DNA of 39,856 bases from an uncultured archaeon (GTDB taxonomy: Archaea; Asgardarchaeota; Lokiarchaeia; Sigyniarchaeales; SOKP01): the NCBI GenBank assembly GCA_964583985.1, contig CAZOYD010000028.1:1-39856 (forward strand). Reading direction: 5' to 3'. Below, one piece after another: positions 27,033-37,801 of this stretch. Within the stretch, counting starts at the first letter, position 1. Every line of letters starts with the position of its first letter. The translations under genes and the position numbers were made by a program. The notes beneath the pieces are model-generated. The model saw only the letters and a program-made list of their open reading frames with translations. It was not told the origin of the DNA and made no database searches.

Positions 27033-27959
27033 ATGAATAGCGATGAAAACGGAATTTCATTAGAGGGAAAAATGGATGATTGGGGTCCTTTCGGTAACTC
27101 AGAAGGAAAATGGCTTCTATTTTCTATGGGAAATCCAGAAGAGGGGCATAGCTATGCTCTACCGCGTAACATGGATGATTTAGGTGCTCAACGAATAACA
27201 CATCTTATTTCATGTAAGACTGGAGGAAGATATGTTGCTCATATTCCATGGTCCACAGATACTGCAGGTTTAATTGCTAAAGATTGGTCTCCTAAAACTA
27301 TTCCGCCAAGAGAACTTATTAATCGACTAGTTAAATTTCTTCAATATCATATTCAACTCTATGAAGAAATGGGTTTTGACACTTCAAGGGTTTTCATTTA
27401 TTCTTTCCATGGAGGTAATAATCCAATCGCAGGTTTTATTCAAGAAATAAAAGAAAAACTCAATCTTAATAAATTGATAATAACCAGAACTGATAATGTT
27501 GCTGGTGATATTGCTGATATTGTGCTCGAAAAGTTACATTTTCTATCAATAGAACTCTCTAAAGATAATATAGACGCTAAAAAACTTATGAGAAAGCTTA
27601 TAAAAATTGTAACCACTTTAGATCATGCCGGACACTGTGAACATTCAATTGGAGCCGCTATTGGAGTATTAGATGAAGAAAAATTAGTGTTAATGAATAG
27701 AGAATTAGAAGATGACTTTGAAAAAGCTCTTAAGAAATGGCCAACATTAGCGGGTTTAGGTGGTCTTATCATGTATGGAAAAAAATATGCTGAAGTACTT
27801 GGAACTAAAGATAATGATATTCATGGACACTGGAAATGCCTCAATACTCTTCGCAGATTAGATAATGGAAAAATTGTGACAATTAAAGAGGTTGGCGTAA
27901 TTCTTATAGAAACCATCGTAAATTATTATTCTCAAATTATTAAGGAAAACACGCTATAA
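27033..27959 (+). CDS. Creatininase-family amidohydrolase (ArfB/deformylase-like)
   Basis: Metal-binding motifs GNPEEGHSYALPRNMD, HGGN and DHAGHCE. Confidence 0.7.
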   Translation: MNSDENGISLEGKMDDWGPFGNSEGKWLLFSMGNPEEGHSYALPRNMDDLGAQRITHLISCKTGGRYVAHIPWSTDTAGLIAKDWSPKTIPPRELINRLVKFLQYHIQLYEEMGFDTSRVFIYSFHGGNNPIAGFIQEIKEKLNLNKLIITRTDNVAGDIADIVLEKLHFLSIELSKDNIDAKKLMRKLIKIVTTLDHAGHCEHSIGAAIGVLDEEKLVLMNRELEDDFEKALKKWPTLAGLGGLIMYGKKYAEVLGTKDNDIHGHWKCLNTLRRLDNGKIVTIKEVGVILIETIVNYYSQIIKENTL

Positions 27960-28133
27960 GAAATAAAATGAATGAATTTATTGAAATGATAATCAATGTT
28001 ACTGCAGATTTTTTTTTAGAGATCTTATTATATACATAAAAAATAGCATTTTTTTTGAATTGAGATTCAATTTATTTACAAACACGTTAACATTTATATA
28101 CTCTTATCTCACAATTTATTCTATTTAAAAAAA

Positions 28134-29534
28134 ATGGAGATATTTATGGAAGAAATAACACATAGCAAGTTAAACATGAGTTCATATGGATTCGGGAAAT
28201 TTGTCAATGAATTTTTTGTCATGGCATTTGGCTCTTTAGTCTTTTTCTTTTACGAGACTGAAATTGGGCTACCTTCAATATACGCAATGACCGGATACAT
28301 AATTTTCGCTATTTGGAACGCTATTAATGACCCATTTATAGGATATCTGACAGATCGTCCATTCAAATTCACGAAAAAATGGGGAAGACGATTTCCATGG
28401 GTTTTTATTGGAGGAGTACCTTGGATTTTAAGTTATATTTTAATTTTCATGCCTCCAGCTGTTAATCCAAACGAAGGAGCATGGATCATTTTTGCGTGGT
28501 TAGTATTCACCACGTGTTTATATGATACATTTGCCTCACTTTTCAATGTTAGTTTTTATGCTATATTTCCCGATAAATTTCGTTCTGGGAACGAACGGCG
28601 TAAAGCTTCAACCATTAGCACCATGATTGCGGCATGTGGAACTGCTTTAGGCGCTATAGTACCCCCAATTTTTTACAATTTTAACGATCCACAATCTTAC
28701 ATAGTACAGGCAATCGCTGTAATAATCATATGTATGGTTGCCTTATTACTAGCAATTCCTGGAAGCCGAGAAGACCAAGCTAGCATAGATTGTTATTTGA
28801 GCAACTGTGAAAAAGGAATGGAAAAAGAACCATTTTTTAAAGAATTTATATCCCTTTTAAAGCACAAAAATTTCTTAGCTTATATTATTACTTTTACTCT
28901 TTACCAATCACTAGTATCATTAATGACTGGTTCCATCCCTTATGTTGCCCAATTTGTATTAGAAGTGGAGGAGAAGGATATCACATTGATGATGGCAGCA
29001 TTAATATTAGGAATGCTTATATCGATGCCAATTTGGTCCCATTTTGCGAATAAGACTAATAATGATCGAAAAACAATGTTAATTGCCACAATTTATCTCA
29101 CCATTGTAACAGGCATTCTATTCTTTATTAACGATTATTGGGTATTAATGATTGGAATTTTCATCTGGGGCACGGGAGAAGGAGGATTTTGGGTCATGAT
29201 GGGGCCTATTTTGGCAAATACCATAGATGAATCAATCGTGGATACAAAACAGCGAAAAGAAGGTATTTATAATGGTGTTCAGACTTTTGTTAGTCGTGCT
29301 GCATTAGTTATCCAAGCCGTGAGTTTTTCTGTGGTCCATATTTTGACAGGGTTTAATCAAAATCCAGATGCGACCTCACAAACACCGCTTGCGAACCTTG
29401 GCATTCAAATACATTTTGCGTTGATTCCAGCGATATTAATCTTTATTGGAGTAATTGTATTCTGGAAATTTTATAAATTGACGCCAGATATAGTTGATAG
29501 GAATCGAGAGATTATAATCGAAGAAAAACTATAG
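28134..29534 (+). CDS. MFS transporter, glycoside-pentoside-hexuronide (GPH/MelB) family
   Basis: WNAINDPFIGYLTDR, WGRRFPW, RKEGIYNG; about 12 TMs. Confidence 0.92.
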   Translation: MEIFMEEITHSKLNMSSYGFGKFVNEFFVMAFGSLVFFFYETEIGLPSIYAMTGYIIFAIWNAINDPFIGYLTDRPFKFTKKWGRRFPWVFIGGVPWILSYILIFMPPAVNPNEGAWIIFAWLVFTTCLYDTFASLFNVSFYAIFPDKFRSGNERRKASTISTMIAACGTALGAIVPPIFYNFNDPQSYIVQAIAVIIICMVALLLAIPGSREDQASIDCYLSNCEKGMEKEPFFKEFISLLKHKNFLAYIITFTLYQSLVSLMTGSIPYVAQFVLEVEEKDITLMMAALILGMLISMPIWSHFANKTNNDRKTMLIATIYLTIVTGILFFINDYWVLMIGIFIWGTGEGGFWVMMGPILANTIDESIVDTKQRKEGIYNGVQTFVSRAALVIQAVSFSVVHILTGFNQNPDATSQTPLANLGIQIHFALIPAILIFIGVIVFWKFYKLTPDIVDRNREIIIEEKL

Positions 29535-29650
29535 GTAATTAATTTCAAAATTCTTTTTTTTGTTATTTTTTTTAAAGAAAGATAAATTTTTTTTTAATAT
29601 TAAATTTTAAAGATCAGAATACCAAATTTAAATTAAGTGAGAGAATACAA

Positions 29651-30418
29651 ATGTCTGAGGAAAATCTAAACAATAATAAGGACGAGCAAAAAGAAGAAAA
29701 AGTAAAACTTGAAGAAGAAAAAAAAGGAGTAACTGAAGAGGAAAAAGAAATTCATGAAGAAAAGAAAGTAGTAGGAGAAGAGGAAAAAGCAAAATTTACA
29801 TTCAAATGCACGAGATGTGAACGATGCTGCTTAGAAAGGGGACCAATTCCGATTACTTTTTGGGATTTAGAAATGTGGGCTCGTAATGGGGTCGTCGCGA
29901 ATTTCATGCCCTATCTTGATATCTACAATAAACCTGATGGTGGTTTAGACTTAGTTTTAAAACCATTGCCTCCTCCTCCTAAAGAAGGAGAGGAAGCACC
30001 TAAAAGAGATCCTTTTGAAAGTGTTCCAATTGAAGATCTTTTAACAGTAAAATGTCCTTTATACAATGAAGAAAATAAGAAATGTTTGATATACGATAAT
30101 AGGCCTCTTTCTTGCCGTGTTTATCCATTAGAGTTTGATGGGAAAAATTATACTATTGTGGATGTTGATTGTCCCGGTATAGGTGAAGAAGGCATGACAA
30201 AGGAAGAATTAAAAGAAATGCGTGACACCGCTAAAACGATGTTTTATGAATTAACCCGCATGAGAATTGCTTTACCCGTTTTAAGTCAGATGATATCTCA
30301 AAAAGTCATGATGGATTTGATGCGACAAAATATGGAAGCAATGAGTAAAATGACTGATGAAGATCGAGCCAAGTTAGATGAAATTTTCCAAAAGAACAAA
30401 GAAACTTCTGAACCCTAA
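29651..30418 (+). CDS. YkgJ-family cysteine-cluster protein with acidic/charged N-terminus
   Basis: FKCTRCERCC, CPLY...CLIYDNRPLSCRVYP, CPGIG. Confidence 0.9.
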   Translation: MSEENLNNNKDEQKEEKVKLEEEKKGVTEEEKEIHEEKKVVGEEEKAKFTFKCTRCERCCLERGPIPITFWDLEMWARNGVVANFMPYLDIYNKPDGGLDLVLKPLPPPPKEGEEAPKRDPFESVPIEDLLTVKCPLYNEENKKCLIYDNRPLSCRVYPLEFDGKNYTIVDVDCPGIGEEGMTKEELKEMRDTAKTMFYELTRMRIALPVLSQMISQKVMMDLMRQNMEAMSKMTDEDRAKLDEIFQKNKETSEP

Positions 30419-30522
30419 ATTTTTTTTATCATTCTATTTTAAAATCCCACAATCATTTTAAACCATAGTAATAATGGATTACAATAAAGATTATTAGTTA
30501 ATATTGTAATATTTAAAATGAG

Positions 30523-31041
30523 ATGGATCAAATAACAATTAAAAATTCAATTATTACGTTGAAACAAGGAGATATTACGGATTTAGAGGTTGATGTGATC
30601 GTTAATGCGGCTAATGCTCAGCTCATTCTTGGAGGAGGAGTAGCAGGGGCGATTAGAAAAAAAGGAGGTCCAAAAATCCAAGAAGAATGTAACAAAATCG
30701 GAAGTATTTTTGTAGGTGGAGCGGTTATAACCACAGGAGGAAATTTAAAGGCAAAACATGTCATTCACGCCGTGGGACCACGAATGGGAGAAGGAGATGA
30801 AGATCAAAAGCTTAAAAATGCCACTTTAAATAGTCTAAAATTAATGGATGAAAATAAATTATTTTCCATTGCTTTTCCCGCAATTTCCACGGGAATTTTT
30901 GGCTATCCAATTGAAAAATGTGCTAAAATAATGATTTCAACGACAAAAGAATATTTGGAAAGCAATACGTGTATAAGAGAAGTAATCTTCTGCTTATATT
31001 CCTCATCCGATTTCGAAGTGTTTGAAAAAGCTTTATATTAA
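30523..31041 (+). CDS. Macrodomain protein (MacroD/YmdB-type ADP-ribose hydrolase)
   Basis: GDIT, IVNAAN, GGGVAGAI, VIHAVGP, FPAISTGIFGYP. Confidence 0.95.
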   Translation: MDQITIKNSIITLKQGDITDLEVDVIVNAANAQLILGGGVAGAIRKKGGPKIQEECNKIGSIFVGGAVITTGGNLKAKHVIHAVGPRMGEGDEDQKLKNATLNSLKLMDENKLFSIAFPAISTGIFGYPIEKCAKIMISTTKEYLESNTCIREVIFCLYSSSDFEVFEKALY

Positions 31042-31271
31042 TGCGTAATAAAAGGGGAAAATATGGTATGATTTTTGAAATCTCGATAATTTTCCATTAT
31101 TATAATCTGTAGATTTCAGAGTTCGTTATTTGACTTTTTATTTTTTTGAATAAATCAGACCTAATTATCTACATTTATAAGTCAATTTGCTTACCTTTTT
31201 TTTCAGTGCAAAATTAATTAATTAGAAAGAGATTTCGATAGGATTATAATTATCAAACTTGCGAAAACACA

Positions 31272-34184
31272 ATGAAAAATCAAGAATATCAGTATGTTAA
31301 ATTTTTTGATGACTTAAGAGTCAATGATGTATCGTTAGTGGGTGGAAAAAATGCATCACTTGGCGAATTACTGAGCTTTGGAATCCCTGTACCCCTTGGA
31401 TTTGCTGTTACTGCCAAAGCATATGATTACATTTTAGAAACAAATTATTTTAGAATTAAGGAGGAAGAGATCACCTTAAAAGAATACATTAATCGAGAAA
31501 TCAAGAAAATTGCTATAGAATTGAAAAACGAAGATATTAAGTCAATAAGCAAGGTTGATAAAATTTGTGCCGATATAAGATACGTAATCGAATCAGCCTC
31601 CATACCTGACAGCGTGAAAGACGAGATTTTAGAAGCTTATGCTAAATTATTGGAAAGAATTGGAAATGAAACAACATTTGCTATAAGAAGTTCTGCTACC
31701 GCTGAAGATTTACCAGACGCTTCTTTTGCCGGGCAACAAGATACTCATTTAAATATTTCGGGAGAAAAGCAAATTTTAGAATATATTCTTAAAGACATGG
31801 CTTCAGTATTTACTACAAGGGCAACAATGTATCGAGAAAGGGCGGGATTTGATCATTTTGCTGTAAAATTGAGCGTAGGAGTTCAAGAAATTGCTGGAGG
31901 TTTAGAAGGAGTTAAAGCTTCTGGAGTCATGTTTACTGAAGATCCTGATTCAGGTAATCCCAATGTCATCGTAATAAGAGCAACATGGGGTCTTGGTGAG
32001 TTAATTGTTCAAGGAATCGAAAAGGGTGATGAATTTATCGTTTTTAAACATGCTTCTAAATTAAGAATTATCAATCGCAGTCTGGTTAAGAAAGAAAAGA
32101 AAATGATATTTGATAAGAATAAGGGAGGGACAATCACAATATTCGTGGATGAAAATGAACAGAGAAAATTCTGTTTGGATGATAATCAAGTCATAATCCT
32201 AGCTGAATATGCAACAAAAATCCGTGAACATTATGCTCGTAACATGGATGTTGAATGGGCCTTGGGATATGATGGTAAAATTTATATCGTCCAAGCAAGA
32301 CCAGAAACGGTACATTCTCAAAAAGGAGATATTGAAGAAATTTTTTATCTATTAGAAGATCCTAAAGTTTTAATCAATAATGGATATTTAATAGAAAATA
32401 CTGGAACGGCAATAGGACGAAGGATTGGATATGGAAAAATTAAAGTTATTGAATCAATTAACGACGCATATCTATTAGAGGAGGGGGATATACTCATAAC
32501 TGAAGAAACTAATCCGGATTGGACGTCCTACATGGAAAATTTAGGAGGTGTAGTAACTGAAAGAGGAGGTCCAACATGCCATGCCGCAATAGTATCAAGA
32601 GAATTAAATATTGCTTCAATAGTAGGAGCTGATAATATTATTGAAAAAATTAAAGAAAAGAAACGCCAACAAGATTTAGATTATATTACTATCGATTGCA
32701 GTACGGGGGAACCAAGATTGTGGATAAAAGAAGTGGAGTATGATTTTGATACTATTGAATTTGCCCAATTACCTAAAACTAGAACACAAGTATTAGTTAA
32801 TTTAGGAATCCCTAAGGGAGCATTAAGTTCTGGCAAATATCCTGACGGCACTGGATTAGCACGATTAGAATTTATTATTAATGATGAAATTCAAATTCAC
32901 CCCAATGCTTTAATTGACTACGAAGCACTGTTAATGCGTTATGATATCTTGTTAGAACATCGTAAGCGAATTGAATCAATAAAAAAAAGTGATTTGTATC
33001 ATAAAGATCCATTTAGTGTTGAAATCAAACGTTTAAAAGATACAATTGATAAAATAGATGAATTAACAATCGGATATGAAGATAAAGAAGAATTTTATGT
33101 TGAACAACTCGCTGAAGGTATAGCAACTATTGCCGCTGGAGTTTGGAAAATACTCCCTAATGGTGAAATCGCCCCATGTGTCGTACGTTTATCAGATTTT
33201 AAGACTAATGAATATCAAAATTTATTAGGTGGGTGGATCTATGAAACTGTTGAAAATAATCCGATGCTAGGCTTTAGAGGATGCTCTCGTTATACTCATA
33301 ATGATTTTCAGAATGCCTTCTTGCTAGAATTGCGAGCAATTGCAAAAGCTCGTGAATGGGGACTCAATAATATAATACCAATGCTTCCATTTTGTCGATC
33401 CCCCGAAGAATGTAAGAAGATTATCGATCTCATGGAAAATGAAGGATTAATTAGAGGACAAGATTCCTTAAAAGTATTTGTCATGGCAGAAATTCCTTCT
33501 AATATTATCTGTGCAGATCTTTTCTGTGAATATGTCGATGGCTTTTCAATAGGGAGTAATGATTTGACAATGTTAACTTATGGTGTTGATCGGGATGAAG
33601 CAAAGTTAATTCCAATTGCAAAAAAAAATTCTTATAATACCAATAGTGTAGCTATACGACGATCAATTAGTCATTTAATAAAAATAGCACATGATTTTGG
33701 TAAAAAAGTGGGGATTTGTGGGCAAGCACCGAGTGATGATCCCGAATTTTTAAGGTTTTTGGTACAAGAAGGAATAGATTCTATTTCTCTCAATTTTGAC
33801 ACTTTTGCTCAAGGTAGAATTAATACCTGGCGTACTGAAATCATCGAAACAAAATTAACTGCCGAGAATAAATTGAAAATTTACGAATTTATTGATCAAT
33901 GCGATAAGCTAATTGAAAAGATTCGGGTACCCAGAGGAACGCTTAGAAACATGTTGAGAAAGCTAAAAGATAAGAGTCCTCCTAATTTAAAAAATATAAC
34001 AGGACAATTTGACACAATTTTTGAAAATGTGAATACCATGTCGCGTAACTTCATAATGGAGCTTAATAAAGAAAACCCAATGGATTTCAATACACTCTTC
34101 CAAATTAATCATTCAAAAATAAAAGAGTATGAAGAATTACTTCCAAAATTGATGAAAGCTATTAGAGAGTTCGGAATTTTCTAA
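31272..34184 (+). CDS. ppsA: Phosphoenolpyruvate synthase (pyruvate, water dikinase)
   Basis: VGGKNASLGE, RSSATAEDLPDASFAGQQDT, VQARPET, GGPTCHAAIVSRE (phospho-His), ENNPMLGFRG, FSIGSNDLT, GICGQAPS. Confidence 0.96.
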   Translation: MKNQEYQYVKFFDDLRVNDVSLVGGKNASLGELLSFGIPVPLGFAVTAKAYDYILETNYFRIKEEEITLKEYINREIKKIAIELKNEDIKSISKVDKICADIRYVIESASIPDSVKDEILEAYAKLLERIGNETTFAIRSSATAEDLPDASFAGQQDTHLNISGEKQILEYILKDMASVFTTRATMYRERAGFDHFAVKLSVGVQEIAGGLEGVKASGVMFTEDPDSGNPNVIVIRATWGLGELIVQGIEKGDEFIVFKHASKLRIINRSLVKKEKKMIFDKNKGGTITIFVDENEQRKFCLDDNQVIILAEYATKIREHYARNMDVEWALGYDGKIYIVQARPETVHSQKGDIEEIFYLLEDPKVLINNGYLIENTGTAIGRRIGYGKIKVIESINDAYLLEEGDILITEETNPDWTSYMENLGGVVTERGGPTCHAAIVSRELNIASIVGADNIIEKIKEKKRQQDLDYITIDCSTGEPRLWIKEVEYDFDTIEFAQLPKTRTQVLVNLGIPKGALSSGKYPDGTGLARLEFIINDEIQIHPNALIDYEALLMRYDILLEHRKRIESIKKSDLYHKDPFSVEIKRLKDTIDKIDELTIGYEDKEEFYVEQLAEGIATIAAGVWKILPNGEIAPCVVRLSDFKTNEYQNLLGGWIYETVENNPMLGFRGCSRYTHNDFQNAFLLELRAIAKAREWGLNNIIPMLPFCRSPEECKKIIDLMENEGLIRGQDSLKVFVMAEIPSNIICADLFCEYVDGFSIGSNDLTMLTYGVDRDEAKLIPIAKKNSYNTNSVAIRRSISHLIKIAHDFGKKVGICGQAPSDDPEFLRFLVQEGIDSISLNFDTFAQGRINTWRTEIIETKLTAENKLKIYEFIDQCDKLIEKIRVPRGTLRNMLRKLKDKSPPNLKNITGQFDTIFENVNTMSRNFIMELNKENPMDFNTLFQINHSKIKEYEELLPKLMKAIREFGIF

Positions 34185-34249
34185 ATACTATCAGAGATTA
34201 TTCATATTCACGAAACCTACAAAAGAAAGAATGAAAAAATCGTAATAAT

Positions 34250-34525
34250 CTAATCCTTGATCTTTTCCAATATTGACATGATTCGATAAATGGTCGTTCT
34301 CGAATGAAAAGGAATGTTAGCATCCATGGTAAGGTCATCCACTAAATAAATAACATTTGCTGCGAGGATTGCATCAGTCGCATCCTCATCCTCACGCGAA
34401 AGTTCATCAATACCTTTTTGGGCAACGCGTTTGATATTTCTTGGTACCGCACGATCTTGAATCATTGCCTCTAACAAAATCTTAACTTGATCAAATGCTT
34501 CCTTGGTTTCCTCGGGAGAAGGCAC
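34250..34525 (-). CDS. UPF0147-family archaeal protein
   Basis: DRAVPRNIKRVA...DANIPFHSRTTIY; GTG start with GGTG SD-like sequence upstream. Confidence 0.88.
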   Translation of the reverse strand: MPSPEETKEAFDQVKILLEAMIQDRAVPRNIKRVAQKGIDELSREDEDATDAILAANVIYLVDDLTMDANIPFHSRTTIYRIMSILEKIKD

Positions 34526-34709
34526 TTCTAAAACACCTTTTAATTGTATAAGGAGATATTATTTCACAGTAGTAAATTATTCTTCAATTTTATATTTTGT
34601 GAAGAGTTAAGTATTTTTAATATTGTTTAATTATATTACTTGCGAGAGTTAATTGTTTTAGCTATAACTTATTTTTATTAATTGCGTTTTTAACTTGCGT
34701 CAATTCAGC

Positions 34710-34783
34710 GGGAAAGTGGTCTAGATTGGTGTGATTCTAGGTTCGGAACCTAGAGGTCGGGGGTTCAAATCCCCTCTTTCCCA
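34710..34783 (+). tRNA. tRNA-Pro (anticodon CGG), intronless, CCA not encoded
   Basis: Acceptor GGGAAAG/CTTTCCC plus discriminator A; anticodon arm CTAGG-TTCGGAA-CCTAG; T arm GGGGG-TTCAAAT-CCCCT. Confidence 0.93.
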
Positions 34784-35104
34784 TCCTCATATTATTAAAT
34801 AGCCAAAAAGATTTTTTTGATGAGTTCTTGGGATTGGAATGACTTATTGGCAATTTTATTCGAAGATTAATATAAAAGGGGCATAAAAGGATAAAAAATC
34901 ATTGGAGATCCTGTTAAAACTTATAAGAAAAAATATATGAGAGCTGCTGATTTGCTCTATACCATCCCACTTCTGGTTGTTTCTCTTTTTTATTTGTAAA
35001 AACCGCTTTTTTACTATTTATAATGAATATTCTTAAATAATAATAAAAAAAATTAATCTATATATTGTTATAATAAAACAATATTAATTTTAACATGATA
35101 AAGT

Positions 35105-35422
35105 GTGATTAATAATATGGCAAAATTTGACCAAATAATGAAAGTTTTAGCGATTTTAGGCGGTCTAATAGCTCTGATAGTAGGACTTTTAGATCTTGTC
35201 GGTTTGAATTACGGTTTAGGAGCATCTTGGGCCGTTCCTTATCTTTTTCCTATAGTCGCAATAATTCTTGGTATCGTGGTACTTCTAAGTGCTTTTAAAG
35301 GAAGCCCAGTCCCTTTTACTGCAGTATGGTTATTAGTTTTAGGTATTTTAATTCTAATCTTCGGAAGCTGGTTAGCAGCAGTTTTAGTGATTATTGCTGG
35401 AATTTTAGGTTTTCTTAATTAA
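35105..35422 (+). CDS. Small hydrophobic membrane protein (3-4 TM)
   Basis: Almost entirely hydrophobic, Gly-rich helices; likely start is the ATG at 35117. Confidence 0.75.
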   Translation: MINNMAKFDQIMKVLAILGGLIALIVGLLDLVGLNYGLGASWAVPYLFPIVAIILGIVVLLSAFKGSPVPFTAVWLLVLGILILIFGSWLAAVLVIIAGILGFLN

Positions 35423-35647
35423 AACATAATAATTCAAACATTATTTTTTTTTACTTTATTTCTCCAATAACTATAGAACAACATTTAAATTATTCTTTTA
35501 TTCTTTGCCCAACTTAACCAGATAAGAGAACGCTTTAGGAATTTCTATTATTAGCAAGAAAACTGATAACATTTAACTTAAATTTAAAAATTTTAAAAAT
35601 TTATTTTATACCATAGATTAAAAAAAAATATACGGAAGAAGCAGCAA

Positions 35648-36229
35648 ATGATTGAAGATTTTATTGATTGTATCTGGATATTAGAAATTGAATCTGGAAT
35701 CGTTATTTATGAAGAAATTTATAAAGATGTAACAAAACAAGGAATATCAACAGATCTAATTTTAAATTTTCTTTCAGCCTTAGTTAGTTTTGCCGATGAA
35801 GTGTTTGCAGATGAGCTAAAATATATAAAGCTATCAAATCATAAGATCTTTTTTAATTTTTTAAAGCATATCATGTTGGTAATATCGATAACTGACAAGA
35901 TTTCTATTGAGGAAACGGAATTAAGCGTTTTAATTGATAGAATCGGTAAAAAATTTGAATCAAAGTTTGAGTACTTATATCACAATGAATTTTGGTATGT
36001 AAATATCGAGGTGTTTAATTCTTTTTCCAAAGATTTAAGAGAGTTCATTAATAGAGAACCAGAACCAATCAAAATAGTACATAGTATTAATTTTTCTGAA
36101 AAAATAAAAAAATTGAATGAATTAATTGATAATGAAACAAATAAATATTTAAACAGAAAGCAAAAACTCGAGAAAGTTTATGAAGAGAGGGTAGAGAAAT
36201 TAGAATCTAAAAAGAAAAACACCTCTTAA
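35648..36229 (+). CDS. Longin-like domain protein with C-terminal charged helix
   Basis: IWILEIESGIVIYE...DLILNFLSALVSFADEV...IGKKFESKF longin pattern. Confidence 0.7.
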   Translation: MIEDFIDCIWILEIESGIVIYEEIYKDVTKQGISTDLILNFLSALVSFADEVFADELKYIKLSNHKIFFNFLKHIMLVISITDKISIEETELSVLIDRIGKKFESKFEYLYHNEFWYVNIEVFNSFSKDLREFINREPEPIKIVHSINFSEKIKKLNELIDNETNKYLNRKQKLEKVYEERVEKLESKKKNTS

Positions 36230-36304
36230 ATGAATAACCAAATAACTTATTATTAGCTAGTTTTATATTTTTGGAAGTCAAGTATAATAAGACAGATTCA
36301 ATTA

Positions 36305-36484
36305 ATGCTTAATAGCGAACAAATTGAACTTATTCAGAAGGTTTTGGAAATTATTATTGATGATCTAAATATTAAAAATATAACTCCTCTCAATGGAGAT
36401 TCAAAAACGCTCATTATTGTCCAACAAAAAAGAATATTTGTCCCAGAATTGATTGAAAGGCTACAAGAAATAAGGGTTTGGTAA
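36305..36484 (+). CDS. Possible 59-aa small protein or gene remnant
   Basis: ATG..TAA ORF (MLNSEQIELIQKVLEIIIDD...QEIRVW) read by hand, just under the ORF-track cutoff. Confidence 0.35.
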   Translation: MLNSEQIELIQKVLEIIIDDLNIKNITPLNGDSKTLIIVQQKRIFVPELIERLQEIRVW

Positions 36485-36650
36485 AAAATGTGGAATTAAT
36501 GATATTTTCCCTTTAAACTCAACCATCCCAGAATTGACTTAAAAAATTTGACGAAAGATAAGATCGAGTTCCCAATAGAATTGCACTATCAGAGAAAATC
36601 AAATTAAGCAAAAATATATAAAAAAAAAAAATTAAATGTTTATATTGTGA

Positions 36651-36887
36651 TTATAATATCACGAACCATAAAACTAAAGCAATAATTCCCAGAACCAAAC
36701 CGCCCAAACCATAGCTTTTTGAACTATCGTATGCTATTCCAATGATACCGGCAATTATAGCAAGGGCGACTAGTATGTAAAAGAGGATATCTGCATAAGG
36801 AAAAGAGAATGCAAACTTCATCCACAATTCCAATATTATTGCTAGAATTCCCATAAGTAAAGCAAAAGTTCCTGCTGATCTTGACAC
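36651..36887 (-). CDS. Small 3-TM membrane protein
   Basis: Hydrophobic helices, GLGGLVLGIIAL. Confidence 0.7.
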   Translation of the reverse strand: MSRSAGTFALLMGILAIILELWMKFAFSFPYADILFYILVALAIIAGIIGIAYDSSKSYGLGGLVLGIIALVLWFVIL

Positions 36888-37062
36888 TTTTAACGCCTTT
36901 TTTTTATTTTAGAATTTTTAATTGACACTAAATATGTGTAAATTACTTTATGATTTACCTTTATTTAAAACTATACCTAATAAATAATTAAAAAGTTATA
37001 ATAATTGGAATTTAGCCCTCCTTTCCCATTTAAATTACCAAAATTACGACACCCTATAATTT

Positions 37063-37542
37063 TTAATCATATTTTGCATTTTTTAATTCCTCAACAACGC
37101 TTTCGACTTTTGTTCCACAGAAATGGCAAATTTCTTCATACCAGGTAAACATGTTACCACATTTTTTACAGGTAAAACGAACCTTATGATGCGCTAACCA
37201 CTCCGTTACCTTGTTCTCTTTTAATAAATTTCGATCTTGCAAAGCAAGTGTAAAGTGGGGATGATGGTCAGAAGGATCTCTTTCAGGAATTTTCTGACAT
37301 AAATAATCTTCACACGTAAAACAATAATTTACTTGTTTTTCTTTGGCACATGAGCGAATTTCACATTTCGCACAATTCGGATAAACATGATCAGATTTAC
37401 AACCGTGACATTCCAAGTCCATTCCCTTACTCATTGTTTTCCATGGTTCTGGAATAGATTCTGGACGATTTTGCACGTGTGCTAATCGAATTATGCAACT
37501 GCCATAATATATTCCGCAATAAGCATTAAAAATATCTTTCAT
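37063..37542 (-). CDS. DUF3795-like cysteine-rich protein with C-terminal zinc ribbon
   Basis: AYCGIYYGSC, CHGCKS, CAKCEIRSCA, CFTCEDYLC, CKKCG...CHFCG. Confidence 0.8.
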   Translation of the reverse strand: MKDIFNAYCGIYYGSCIIRLAHVQNRPESIPEPWKTMSKGMDLECHGCKSDHVYPNCAKCEIRSCAKEKQVNYCFTCEDYLCQKIPERDPSDHHPHFTLALQDRNLLKENKVTEWLAHHKVRFTCKKCGNMFTWYEEICHFCGTKVESVVEELKNAKYD

Positions 37543-37801
37543 TGGGTTGATCCCTTTTTAATATCTAGTATTCGACATAGAATAGTATCTAATTAAGAGG
37601 ATTTTACTTATTTACATTTTTAATCTGCATTTTCCTCGATATTTGACTAAAATTTTTAGATCATTCAATATCAAATACAGAAAGAAAAGAACTGGGAAAA
37701 TTTGAGAAAGCAAATCATGAAATCTTTTATCCAATAACAGAATTATGGATGATTTGTATTGATCGTGGAGATGAAAGAATTGATGAAAAAGATATTAAAA
37801 A

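Noticed and set aside
29651-29790. Tandem repeat in the E/K-rich N-terminus
   Set aside because: Imperfect low-complexity coding sequence, not a discrete DNA repeat.
57-34090. Short antisense ORFs in the track (57, 2088, 8943, 16853, 18880, 19539, 22492, 23853, 24708, 25078, 25621, 25796, 26405, 33896)
   Set aside because: All lie opposite well-supported genes and show no recognisable motifs; treated as shadow ORFs.
36305-36542. Frameshifted remnant of a B12-binding domain
   Set aside because: The resemblance (FVPELIERLQE; DIFPLNSTIPEL in another frame) is too weak, and there is no DxHxxG motif.
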